From: Octopus sinensis
Taxonomy: Eukaryota
Reading direction: 5' to 3'
NCBI RefSeq assembly: GCF_006345805.1
Contig: NC_042998.1
Span: 163,432,001 to 163,496,000, forward strand
DNA length: 64,000 nucleotides
Part shown: positions 24,736 to 35,708 of the stretch, piece by piece
How positions within the stretch are numbered: the first letter of the stretch is position 1
Layout of the letters: the number at the start of each line of letters is the position of its first letter
Position numbers and translations under genes: made by a program
The notes under the pieces: model-generated
The model's input: only the letters and a program-made list of their open reading frames with translations
The model's database searches: none
Told to the model about the DNA's origin: nothing

Positions 24736-27326
24736 CTAGTCCTGCCAGGTCCTCTCATGCACAGCACACTTCCATAGGACTCGGTCTTCAGTCATTTCCT
24801 TGGTGAGACCTAAAGTTCGAAGGTCGTGCTTCACCACCTCGTCCCAGGTTCTCCTGGGTCTACCTCTTCCACAGGTTCCCTCAACTGCTAGGTTGTAGCA
24901 CTTTTGCACACAACTATCTTCAGCCATTCTCGTCACATGACCATACCAGCGCAGCCGTCTCTCTTGCACACCACAACTGACACTTCTTAGGTTCAACTTT
25001 TCTCTCAAAGTACTTACACTCTGACGATTATGACACTGACATTACACATCCATCGGAGCATACTGGCTTCATTTCTTGCAAGCTTACACATATCCTCAGC
25101 TGTCACGGCCCATGTTTCACTACCATGTAGCATGGCTGTACGTACACACGCATCATATAGTCTGCCTTTTACTCTTAGCGAGAGACCTTTTGTCACCAGC
25201 AGGGGTAAGAGCTCTCTAAACTTTGCCCAGGCTATTCTTACTCTAGCAGTTACACTTTCAGCACACCCACCCCCGCTACTGACTTGGTCTCCTAGGTAGC
25301 GGAAGCTATCAACTACTTCTAGTTTGTCTCCCTGGAACGTGGTAGAAGTTGGACTCTGCACATTTCCAGTGTTTATTTCTCCTGAGCATCTGCCACAGAC
25401 AAAAACTATTTCTTAGTTAGCCTTCCTTTGACATTGCTGCACCTCTTATGTGTCCATAGCTTACACCTGGTGCACCTTATAGAGTTTCTACCTACACCTT
25501 TTTTACAGATCGAGCAGGGCCATCTACCTGAAGTCGTTTGTGGTTGGTCCACCTTCCTACTTATTAGGACTTTGGTTTTGGCTAGGTTGATTCTAAGGCC
25601 CTTCGATTCTAATCCTTGTTTCCACACCTGAAACTTCTCCTCCAGTTCTGATAGTGACTCAGCAATTAGAGCAAGGTCATCAGCATATAGGAGCTCCCAG
25701 GGGCATCCTGTCTTAAATTCTTCCGTTATTGCCTGGAGGACTATGATAAATAGGAGGGGGCTGAGGACTGAACCTTGGTGGACCCCAACCTCTACCCGGA
25801 ATTCTTCACTGTACTCGTTGCCAACCCTCACCTTACTAGCTGCGTCTCTGTACATGGCTCGCACAGCTCTCACTAACCATTCATCTATCCCTAGTTCCTC
25901 ATTGACCACCAGATAAGGGATCGGGGGGACCCTGTCAAAGGCTTTCTCTAAGTCAACAAAAGCCAGGTACAAGGGCTTACCTTTGGCTAGGTATTTCTCC
26001 TGCAGCTGTCTTACCAGGAATATAGCATCAGGTAGTACTTTTCCCTGGCACGAACCCGAACTGCATATCATCTAAGCTAACTCTCTCTCTAATTAACTGG
26101 GCTATAACCCTCTCCGTAACCTTCATTACCTGATCCAACAGCTTGATGCCCCTGTAGTTATTTGTATCTAGGGCATCGCCTTTACCTTTGTAGCAGTTGA
26201 CTATTATGCTGCTACACCAGTCATTGGGTATGACTCCTTCGTGTATCACCTGGTTAACTATACGGGTGAACTGCTATAGCCGACACTACCAGATATTTGA
26301 GCATCTCTGCAGTAATTCCTGATGGGCCTGGGGCTTTCCCTGTCTTCATGCTTCTAATTGCCTTAGCTACCACGGAACTATCAACTCGGATAGCTGGTCC
26401 CTCTGTTGGGTCAACATTCGGCAGACTCTCTTTATCCCATTATTTTCCTCATTCAGCAACTTTCATAGTGGCGTCTCCAAGCTTCTCTCTTTGCATCCTC
26501 ATTTAACGCAAGTGAACCATCCTCCATGCGAACACATTTCTCTCCTACCACATCTCGATTCTCTCTCACACACTGTCTTGCAACACGAAATACCTCAAGT
26601 CTTTCATCCTCACGGCGCAGGACATTGGCAAATTTTCTTTTATCTGCTTCCCCTCTGGCTAGATAGACCTGTCTCCTAGCTTCCCTTCTGGCAGTCTGAT
26701 ACACTTCCCTGCTACCACCGTTCTTCCAGGCTTCCAGAGCTGTTTCTTTTGTCTAATAGCCCTATCAACAATATTGTTCCACCACCATGTTATTTTGGGT
26801 CTTAAGGGGACTTTGCACCAGCCACAGATCTGGTCAGCGGCTTTCAGCAGGTTGTCCCTCAGAAACGTCCAGTTGTCTTCTACCATGTGTAGCTATACCC
26901 CCTTCCACTTCGTCAAAGGCTTCAAGTAACATATCTCTAAATCTCTGTCCATTCGCAGGGTCTTAAGCTTCCAGACCCTTCTTCTCCATGTTGGTCGTCT
27001 TCTAGTCGCCCTCTAGTCCTGATCCTAAAGTCACTAACTACCAGTCTATGTTGTGGGGTGCATTCTTCGCCCGGGAAGGTTTTGGCATTTATAAGCAGCC
27101 ATCTTTCCCTTTTTCTGGCGAGGATGTAGTCGATTTGGCTAGCATGCCGGCCCGATCGGTAGGTGACCAGGTGGCTTGTTGGTTTCCTGAAGTTAGTGTT
27201 GCAGATCATAAGACTATTCGCATCGCAGAACTCCAGCAGCCTGGTTCCCTCCTCGTTGCGGGAACCATAACCGTAGCCTCCATGCACGCCATGGAAGCCC
27301 CCAGCATGTCGTCCAACATGCCCATC
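24736..27326 (-). pseudogene. RTE ORF2 (partial APE endonuclease, reverse transcriptase, PHD-like finger), frameshifted in this sequence
   Basis: SQIDYIL and QHRLVVSD (endonuclease); YRGIKLL, AFVDLEKAFDRV, GVHQGSVLSP, LYADD and FRYLG (RT); ends ERTWQD*. Confidence 0.95.
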
Positions 27327-27509
27327 AAAAAGTATTAAAAATTTTAATATATATAAATACAGATATATACACTTTGTATATATACATTATATATACATAT
27401 TTATATATAGAACACACACACACACACATATATAAATGAACCCAATAAATATCTGATTCATAATATTTGTTCTCATGATTGTGTGGTGGTGGTGGCGATG
27501 ATAATTCTC

Positions 27510-27928
27510 TCTATGAATGCAGACAGACGTAGAGAGAGAAAGAGAGAGTGTGAAAGCGCTGTGGAAGGCGGGGAGGGGGAGGGGGAGATGTAGAACGCTG
27601 TTTGGCGAAGTTATAAAGAGAAAGTGAAGGCGAGTTAGACGCCGTTATCGACGTTATATATAGAAAGTGATGGGGGGAGGAAATAGAGTGAGTGACGGAG
27701 GAAGATAGATACATAAAAGAATGAGAGTCGACTTGTCAAAATGGGTTTTTGGCCCTAGCAACGACACCTTTTAAGATAGGGATTTCTAACCTAGCCCACT
27801 GGCATCCTCACCTCATTTTACATGTCCCTGTAAATTTTGGAGTCAATCCGACGGGATCTAGTGGCATTTAAACCGTTCCAGACAAACAAACAAACAAACT
27901 TTTCGCATTTCAGTTTTATAAATAGAGA
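27510..27928 (-). mobile_element. Helitron-like non-autonomous element, 5' portion
   Basis: Minus strand begins A|TCTCTATTTATAAAACTG, comparable to the A|TCTCTCTATATATAAA start of the element at 53768; no 3' end found. Confidence 0.5.
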
Positions 27929-28765
27929 TATATGTGTGTGTGTGTGATGGCTTCATTCAGTTACCATCTGCCAAATTCACTTACTTGCCTTTGGTTGACT
28001 GGAGTTATAGTAGAAGATATTTTCCTAGGGTGCCATGTTGTAGAACTGAACCTGAAACTATGTGGTTGTGAAGCAAACTTCCTACCACACAGCCATGAGG
28101 ACAAATTAATTCAAAGGTACATGTAACAAGAACAGTTTTCAAATATGCTATTATCCCATAAATGATGGTGATTTCTGACTTGGTGGACAGGTTTGTCTTT
28201 GAAGGAATCATTATATCATGAATAGTATTAATGATTTTGCTGACACAGATCATACAAGTACTTGGTGCTAATATTTTAAACAAAAAAATGTATGTGTTGT
28301 TCATGAGTAAATTTTTATTTAATTAGGTTTTATAGTTTAAAACTCTGGCATGGTACTTTATGAATGAATAGTTCATTTGGGTCTTCAAGATATGATCATT
28401 TTAGTTTTGTACTCAAGCATGCCATCTTCTAATCTAGTGCTGTTTTAGCTTGGTTTCTACATTTGGATGCCCTTCCTAAAACCAATCACTTTACTGTGTA
28501 CTGGGCACTTTTTACGTAGTACCATCACCAATGCTTACTGCATGGTGTCATCACCAGTACTTTTTATGTGGAACCTTTGTTTAGAATATCAGTTCTCTTT
28601 TGGTAGATGATAAATGTACATATGTATGTGTGTTTGTGTGTATATGTATGTAAGCATGAATATATGTACATACATACATATATATATATTAGTTAATAAA
28701 TTATATAAATTGGTATTATCTGTAAGTTGATGATTGAAAGGAATCTGTACCTCCATTTTCTTATT

Positions 28766-29003
28766 TCATCATCATCATCATCATCATTTAACGTCCGTTT
28801 TCCGCGCTAGCACGGGTTGGACGGTTTCGACCGGGGTCTGGGGAGCTCGGGACTGCCCCAGGCTCCAGTCTAGTCTGGCAGTGTTTCTACAGCTGGATGC
28901 CCTTCCTAACGCCAACCACTCCGCGAGTGTAGTGGGTGTTTTTTACGTGCCACCTGCACAGGTGCCAGAGGGGTCTGGCATCGGCCACGTTCGGATGGTG
29001 CTT
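28766..29003 (-). mobile_element. RTE 3'-tail copy
   Basis: (atc)n then tttaacgtccgttttccgcgctagcacgggttggacgg...ctggatgcccttcctaacgccaacc; close to 22063-22240. Confidence 0.9.
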
Positions 29004-29257
29004 ATTTGGGGGGGGGGGGGGAGAAATATAGGGGAGCACCAGTGGGGAGGGGTGTTCAGAGAAATGATGACAGGTTCTAGGCAAGTAGAACGTAGGATAT
29101 CAAGAGAGGGGTAATGCATGGTCAAATAGCGTATTGAGAGGGGGGTCGAAGAGTAGACACCTATAATGGTGGTGGGAGAAGCGACATCCGGTATAGATGG
29201 AGCAAAATATAGAGATATCCGGATATTGGTGGTGGGGGTGGCAAGGGCGGGTGCACC

Positions 29258-29428
29258 GGGAATATGACGGCTGGCTTAAAAATGCTCTTAGCAAAGGAAG
29301 AGGGGGGATGGCAGACAACGTAAAAGAGGGAGAGAGAGAAGGGAAATAGTGGAACCCCGCGAAAATGGGCCGCCATTGAAAAAACCCCTGTATGGAGAAA
29401 TAATATGCAATACAAGGCGAAGCTGAAA

Positions 29429-29474
<46 letters not shown>

Positions 29475-29788
29475 GCAAATTTTCGACCGAGGATCAAAGG
29501 GACAATACTAATACTACTAATAATAGTAATAATAATAAATAATAAACAGCTCAACCACAACATTAGATTAGAAAGACTCTCTTATCTTGGGAACATTTCG
29601 TTCTTCGGCCTGACACGGGAATATGACGGGCTGGCTTAAAAATGCTCTTAGCAAAGGAAGAGGGGGGATGGCAGACAACGTAAAAGAGGGAGAGAGAGAA
29701 GGGAAATAGTGGAACCCCGCGAAAATGGGCCGCCATTGAAAAAACCCCTGTATGGAGAAATAATATGCAATACAAGGCGAAGCTGAAA

Positions 29789-29840
<52 letters not shown>

Positions 29841-30162
29841 GCAAATTTTCGACCGAGGATCAAAGGGACAATACTAATACTACTAATAATAGTAATAATA
29901 ATAAATAATAAACAGCTCAACCACAACATTAGATTAGAAAGACTCTCTTATCTTGGGAACATTTCGTTCTTCGGCCTGACACGGGAATATGACGGGCTGG
30001 CTTAAAAATGCTCTTAGCAAAGGAAGAGGGGGGGATGGCAGACAACGTAAAAAGAGGGAGAGAGAGAAGGGAAATAGTGGAACCCCGCGAAAATGGGCCG
30101 CCATTGAAAAAACCCCTGTATGGAGAAATAATATGCAATACAAGGCGAAGCTGAAAATAGTA

Positions 30163-30214
<52 letters not shown>

Positions 30215-30525
30215 GCAATTTTCGACCGAGGATCAAAGGGACAATACTAATACTACTAATAATAGTAATAATAATAAATAATAAACAGCTCAACCACAAC
30301 ATTAGATTAGAAAGACTCTCTTATCTTGGGAACATTTCGTTCTTCGGCCTGACACGGGAATATGACGGGTGGCTTAAAAATGCTCTAGCAAAGGAAGAGG
30401 GGGGATGGCAGACAACGTAAAAGAGGGAGAGAGAGAAGGGAAATAGTGGAACCCCGCGAAAATGGGCCGCCATTGAAAAAACCCCTGTATGGAGAAATAA
30501 TATGCAATACAAGGCGAAGCTGAAA

Positions 30526-30580
<55 letters not shown>

Positions 30581-30760
30581 GCAAATTTTCGACGAGGATC
30601 AAGGGACAATACTAATACTACTAATAATAGTAATAATAATAAATAATAAACAGCTCAACCACAACATTAGATTAGAAAGACTCTCTTATCTTGGGAACAT
30701 TTCGTTCTTCGGCCTGACAAGGGAATATGACGGGCTGGCTTAAAAATGCTCTTAGCAAAG
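29258..30760. repeat. Tandem array of a ~365-bp unit with an internal (AAT)n tract (4 copies plus a 40-bp partial copy)
   Basis: Unit starts (gggaatatgacgg) at 29258, 29617, 29983, 30356 and 30721. Copies differ mostly in AAT count and homopolymer indels. Confidence 0.95.
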
Positions 30761-30781
30761 AATATATATATATATATATAT

Positions 30782-30880
30782 AAAATTATAAATTAGGGTA
30801 TCTACGAGATACCACCATGCTGAAAATAGCAGCCATTTTCAGCATGGTGGTATCTCGTAGATATCTTAATTTATAATTTT
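30782..30880. repeat. 46-bp fold-back inverted repeat with a 7-nt loop
   Basis: Arms at 30782-30827 and 30835-30880, 2 mismatches. Confidence 0.95.
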
Positions 30881-31190
30881 AATAATTATTACCTTTGAAG
30901 GTTAATTTTTCCATGCTGACCACTTGATGAGTTCGTTATTTTATTTTAAATTAACGATCTTATCCTTATTTATATATATATATTGAACCATTAATCCCTA
31001 CACATATTTTTTCTCTCCATTTCTTTTTCATTCTTGGTCTTTTTTTTTCTTCTTAATCCTTTCTGCTGAAGAGCATAGGCTCTAAACGTCAAAGACTCTT
31101 CCATTCTTCCCAAGCATTAAACTAATACACCTGCTTGTTGTTCCTTCACCTGTCTTTGTCTTTTGTTTTCTGTAAATTTGAACTATTCTT
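30835..31190 (+). mobile_element. Possible Penelope-like terminal fragment with a degenerate hammerhead-like motif
   Basis: ctgaagagcataggctctaaacgtc at 31066-31090, plus an inverted copy of its own 5' end immediately upstream. Confidence 0.4.
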
Positions 31191-31841
31191 TTATTGGTTT
31201 CAGCCATGTGGCTGCAGTCATGCTGGAGCACCACATCTGTGTGTGTGTGTGCATGTAGGGCTAAGTATATGCATATGTATACACACACACACATATGCCT
31301 GTATATCAATGACTAGCTAGATATTTATATACATATACATATTACACACACATACACACATGCATATCACAGTATGTTTGTATGTCTATTTGAACTAATT
31401 TATTCAACAATTGCTGTTGAACAGAAAATGACTTGATATGAATACTAACCTACAAAAACAAACAAAACATGACCATTATCTTAATGCAGAAAGTTAATCC
31501 CATCATGACACCTATCAAAAGCTCCCATCAATCGTCCATCATATCGAAATGATGCAGTGAGAGGAAAAGAACACATTATTTTTGTGTTAGTTCTCAGATG
31601 AATACATTTCTAAGATAATTAAAATATCCTTAAAAAATAAATAAATAAGAAATAATTTAAACACCCGAAATGAATATTTGCAATTTAATTTCTGATGAAC
31701 AATTGATAAATAGGCCAGTCATAAAGAAAAGGGAAGTTTGGAATGAGGCCATTAAACTATTTGTGTATTCTGTTCTCTGTAAAGTAACTATCATTGTTCA
31801 GCTGCCTTTAGCTTCTTGTGCTTTTCTGATTAAACTTATAC

Positions 31842-31936
31842 CTTTTGGCAGATTGAAACCATGCCAGTACTCATTCTGAAGTCTTGGATTGCCAAGTTGA
31901 CTTGGTCTAATTTCCATCGTTCTGGCACTATGTGCT
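31842..31936 (-). CDS. Candidate minus-strand exon
   Basis: Acceptor ttatcaaccgttcag and donor AAG|gtataa; two open frames, e.g. EHIVPERWKLDQVNLAIQDFRMSTGMVSICQK. Confidence 0.2.
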
Positions 31937-33244
31937 CTGAACGGTTGATAAGATAATAAAAGGTGATGGACTTTACCAGACAGAATCTGATTAGCTCGTT
32001 TGAACCTATTTCTGCATTAATCCCATACTGCACCCTCTTTATTTATAAATTCACTTATAAAAGACATTTTTTTTTTCATTTATCATTTACTTTTACAGTA
32101 TAAAGACATTAAAAACAAACATTTTCAAGGGTTTGATAGTGATGCAAATTCTGCCATTTGCTTGAATTATTAAAACTGGTGTCACCTTCTTAATTACTTC
32201 CAAGGGCTTTGTTTATATACTACTTCAGCCTGCCAATACCACTCTTTTAATCTTTTATCTTTTACATGTTTCATTGAAAAATTGTTAATCAAATGAATCG
32301 AATAAATACTCTTTATTTTTTAAGCTAGGTGCTTATTTTATGTGTCTCTTTTACCGAACTGCTAAGTTACGTGGATGTAAACACACCAACACCAGTTGTA
32401 AAGCAGTCATGGGGAACAACCACTGACACAAACACACACACATATACATGACAGGCTTCTCTCAGTTTCTGTCTACCAAATCCACTCACAAGGCTTTGGT
32501 CATCCTGAGGTTATTGTCGAAACACTTGCCCAAGGTGCCACACAGTTGGACTGAACCCAGAACCATGTGATTGGGAGGCATACTTCATACCACACAACCT
32601 CTCTAGCATCTATATATAGACACATTATGATGCATTTTCATATAACTTTGCCTCTCGTCTTTGTTTTTGTTTTTGACATCTATTTTTCAAAGCTTACATG
32701 AATCTGATGAAATTCTTTGAGGTAGATTTTCTACAGCTGTATGCTCTTCCTTTTGTAGGCCTTCATCTGTCTCCTAGCAAGGTAATATTTTCCCCTAGTC
32801 CAAACATTATTTTGAGAAAAATTGCAAACACATGTTATTGCTTAGCTTATGGCAATGTTTGTCAAGACAAAATGAACATATTCGCTTGTGCATGCACACA
32901 CAAACACACACATACACATACATACAGAACATAAACAGGCTCCTTTCAGTTTCTATTTTCCAAATTCACTTGCAGAGTTTTTGGTTGGCCCAAAGTTATT
33001 GCAGAAGGCACATGGCCGAGGTGTTGTGTTGTAAGACTGAACTGGAAACCAGGTGGTTGCAAAGTAAATATCTTAACCACACAACCAGTTCTTTATCTTC
33101 AGACATAGAGCCCCCAGGATCTTTATTCTTATTGATTCCCCACCCCTATTCAATTCCTAAAATGCAAAAATTCAAAATGAATATTAACTGTAATGGTGTC
33201 TGTTAGTCTTCCTGTGTCATGAATCTGCATCCTGAAAGTCTTAC

Positions 33245-33347
33245 TTCAATCTGTGTTGGTTGAATAACATCTGTTATGGCTGTAGAGCTCAAACTCAGGA
33301 CTGCGATCAAAGTGTCATGCAGATGGATTGAACTTGATATGTGATGA
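33245..33347 (-). CDS. Candidate minus-strand exon
   Basis: Acceptor gtttattttgcag and donor GAA|gtaaga; open frame HHISSSIHLHDTLIAVLSLSSTAITDVIQPTQIE. Confidence 0.25.
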
Positions 33348-33489
33348 CTGCAAAATAAACCATGACTGTGTCGAAGGCTTTACTGCCACATGCGTATGGA
33401 CATGCTTGGATGCATACATACACACAAACACACATGATCATATCTCCTGTAAAAATTCTGTTTACAGTTGTGTTTTTGTATGTATATAT

Positions 33490-33812
33490 ATTCTTTTACT
33501 TGTTTCAATTATTTGACTGTGGCCATGCTGGAGCTCCACCTTAGAGCGTTTTAGTTGAAGAAATTAACCCCTTGACTTATTCTTTGTAAGCCTAGTACTG
33601 ATTCTATTAGTCTCTTTTGCCAAATTGCTAAGTTATGGGGCAAACTCAGACACAATGGCACACACACATAAATGTATATACGTTTTATATATATAAATAT
33701 ACATACAACCGACTTCTTTCAGTTTCTGTTTACCAAATTCAATCACAAGGCTTTGGTCGGCTTGAGACTATAGTAGAAGGTTCATGCAACGCAGTGGGAC
33801 TGTACCCAGAAC
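33490..33812 (-). mobile_element. SINE family A
   Basis: Reverse complement of family A from the tail to ...gtgggactgtacccagaaccat. Confidence 0.85.
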
Positions 33813-33830
33813 CATATATATTTTTTATCA

Positions 33831-34220
33831 TAGGTGTAGGAGTGGCTGTGTGGTAAGTAACTTGCTTACCAACTACATGGTTCCGGGTTCAGTCCCAACT
33901 GCATGGCACCTTGGGCAAGTGTCTTCTACTATAGCCTCAGGGCTGACCAAAGCCTTGTGAGTGGATTTGGTTGACAGAAACTGAAAGAAGCCCGTCGTAT
34001 ATATGTGTATGTTTGTGTGTCTGTGTTTGTCCCCCCAACATCGCTTGACAACCGATGCTGGTGTGTTTGTGTCCCGGTAACTTAGCGGTTCAGCAAAAGA
34101 GAACCGATAGAATAAGTACTAGGCTTACAAAGAATAAGTCCTGGGGTTGATTTGCTTGACTAAAGGCAGTGCTCCAGCATGGCCACAGTCAAATGACTGA
34201 AACAAGTAAAAGAGTAAAGA
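33831..34220 (+). mobile_element. Full-length SINE family A
   Basis: aggtgtaggagtggctgtgtggtaag ... gactgaaacaagtaaaagagtaaagag. Confidence 0.9.
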
Positions 34221-34724
34221 GTATAGTGTTGGTGCCATGTAAAATATACCCTGTCCACTCTGTAAAATGGTTGACATTAGGAAGGCCACTACAGACGATG
34301 GCGCTTGGTGCAGTCCTCTTGCTCTCCAGCTCTTATCAAACCATCCAACCCATGTCAGCAAAGAAGATTGACATTAAATGATGATAATGGTGATGTCTTA
34401 TGAATTTTTTTTTTCTATCTAAGTCTGTCCTTCCTCTGCAATTCTGTTTTTAGTTTGGAAATTTGAATAAATTTTACTTCTCAGACACATAACAATGGAG
34501 TGAATTTATCAAGCGACTCAATACTTTATTAATCCTAAAAGAATAAAAGGTAAAGTTGACCTTGCTGGGATTTGAACTCAGAATGCAAAGCACTGCAATA
34601 AATGCTGCAAGAAATTTTTTTCTTACATTGTAATGATTTTTCCAATCCTCAACAGTGTTATTGTGTGTGAGAGGCTGTCTATTTATTTCAGTTTCTGACT
34701 TTCTGTGTATTGTTTTCTATGTAG

Positions 34725-34838
34725 GCTACACATCAAAACATTGACTTGACTGAGTTTAGCTCCTGCAACAATCTGCATATGACAAAAAACACTTTAGCTG
34801 TGCTGCTGTCAGCTGGAAAGTTTGATGTACAGTTTAGA
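34725..34838 (+). CDS. Candidate exon of an unidentified host gene
   Basis: Acceptor tattgttttctatgtag; only frame 0 is open: ATHQNIDLTEFSSCNNLHMTKNTLAVLLSAGKFDVQFR; donor AGA|gtaata (or GAT|gtacag at 34826). Confidence 0.3.
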
Positions 34839-35045
34839 GTAATAACAAATATATATGACTGTTAGTTAGGTTTCTGCAAGCAGAATACTAATGATGCACC
34901 AATAACAACAACAACATATACTCTCATACGCACAGCTTAAAAATAACAAAAAATTTCTAAATAATACTAAATATGGAAAGAAAGAAAATACTTTTTAAAA
35001 ACTGTAAACTGATTTTCAGAGAGACTGACTCTTTTCTGTAAATCA

Positions 35046-35298
35046 GTATGTAAGTCATATATATATATATGTGTGTGTCATGTATATATGTATGTGTATA
35101 TGTCGTGTATATATATAAATATGTATATATCATGTATATATATATATGTATATGTCATGTATATGTATGTCATGTGTATATATATATATATATGTATATG
35201 TCTTGTTTGTATATATATGTATATATATGTCTTGTATGTATATATATGTATATGTCATGTATACACATAAATATGTGTCGTATGTATATGTATGTGTC

Positions 35299-35334
<36 letters not shown>

Positions 35335-35477
35335 CATGTATGTATATGTCATGTATATATATGCATGTCGTGCATATATATATATATGTATATGCCATTT
35401 ATATATATATATTTATGTGTGTGTATGTTGTGTATATATATGTATATATGCCATGTATATATATATGTGTGTGTGTC

Positions 35478-35505
<28 letters not shown>
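35046..35505. repeat. Degenerate (TA)/(TG) simple repeat punctuated by gtcat motifs
   Basis: Low-complexity tract visible directly in the sequence. Confidence 0.9.
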
Positions 35506-35508
<3 letters not shown>

Positions 35509-35652
35509 CGTTAGGAAGGGCATCCAGCCGTAGAAACACTGCCAGATCTGACTGGGCCTGACGAAGCCTTCCAGCTTCACAGACCCCAGTTGACCCGTCC
35601 AACCCATGCTAGCATGGAAAACGGACGCTAAACGATGATGATGATGATGATG
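35505..35652 (+). mobile_element. Short RTE 3'-tail copy
   Basis: ttggcgttaggaagggcatccagccgtagaaac...ggaaaacggacgctaaacgatgatgatg. Confidence 0.9.
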
Positions 35653-35708
35653 ATATATATATATACACACACTTATACAGAGTTTCACATTCCCATATGT
35701 ATATGTCA

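Larger units (their letters stand above)
22063..27326 (-). mobile_element. 5'-truncated RTE-clade LINE with an expanded 3' UTR and (GAT)n tail
   Basis: Colinear APE endonuclease, RT and C-terminus, then the 3' UTR ending in the ggttggcgttaggaagggcatcc core and (gat)n at 22063-22085. Confidence 0.95.

Noticed and set aside
22040-27345. TSD for the large RTE
   Set aside because: Only a loose aaaaa(a/g)tat match in very AT-rich flanks; not significant.
20589-27928. One 7.3-kb Helitron spanning the RTE insertion
   Set aside because: A 3' end at 20589 and a 5' end at 27928 are both on the minus strand, but nothing links the internal sequences, their purine/pyrimidine skews are opposite, and microsatellites separate them.
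29161-30609. Repeated ORFs with poly-I or poly-Y runs
   Set aside because: Products of the (AAT)n tract in the tandem unit; homopolymer indels shift frames between copies.
29258-30760. Retrozyme interpretation of the 365-bp array
   Set aside because: No CUGANGA...GAAA core with pairing stems on either strand; the nearest words (ccgaagaacgaaa, ttgatcctcggtcgaaa) do not fit.
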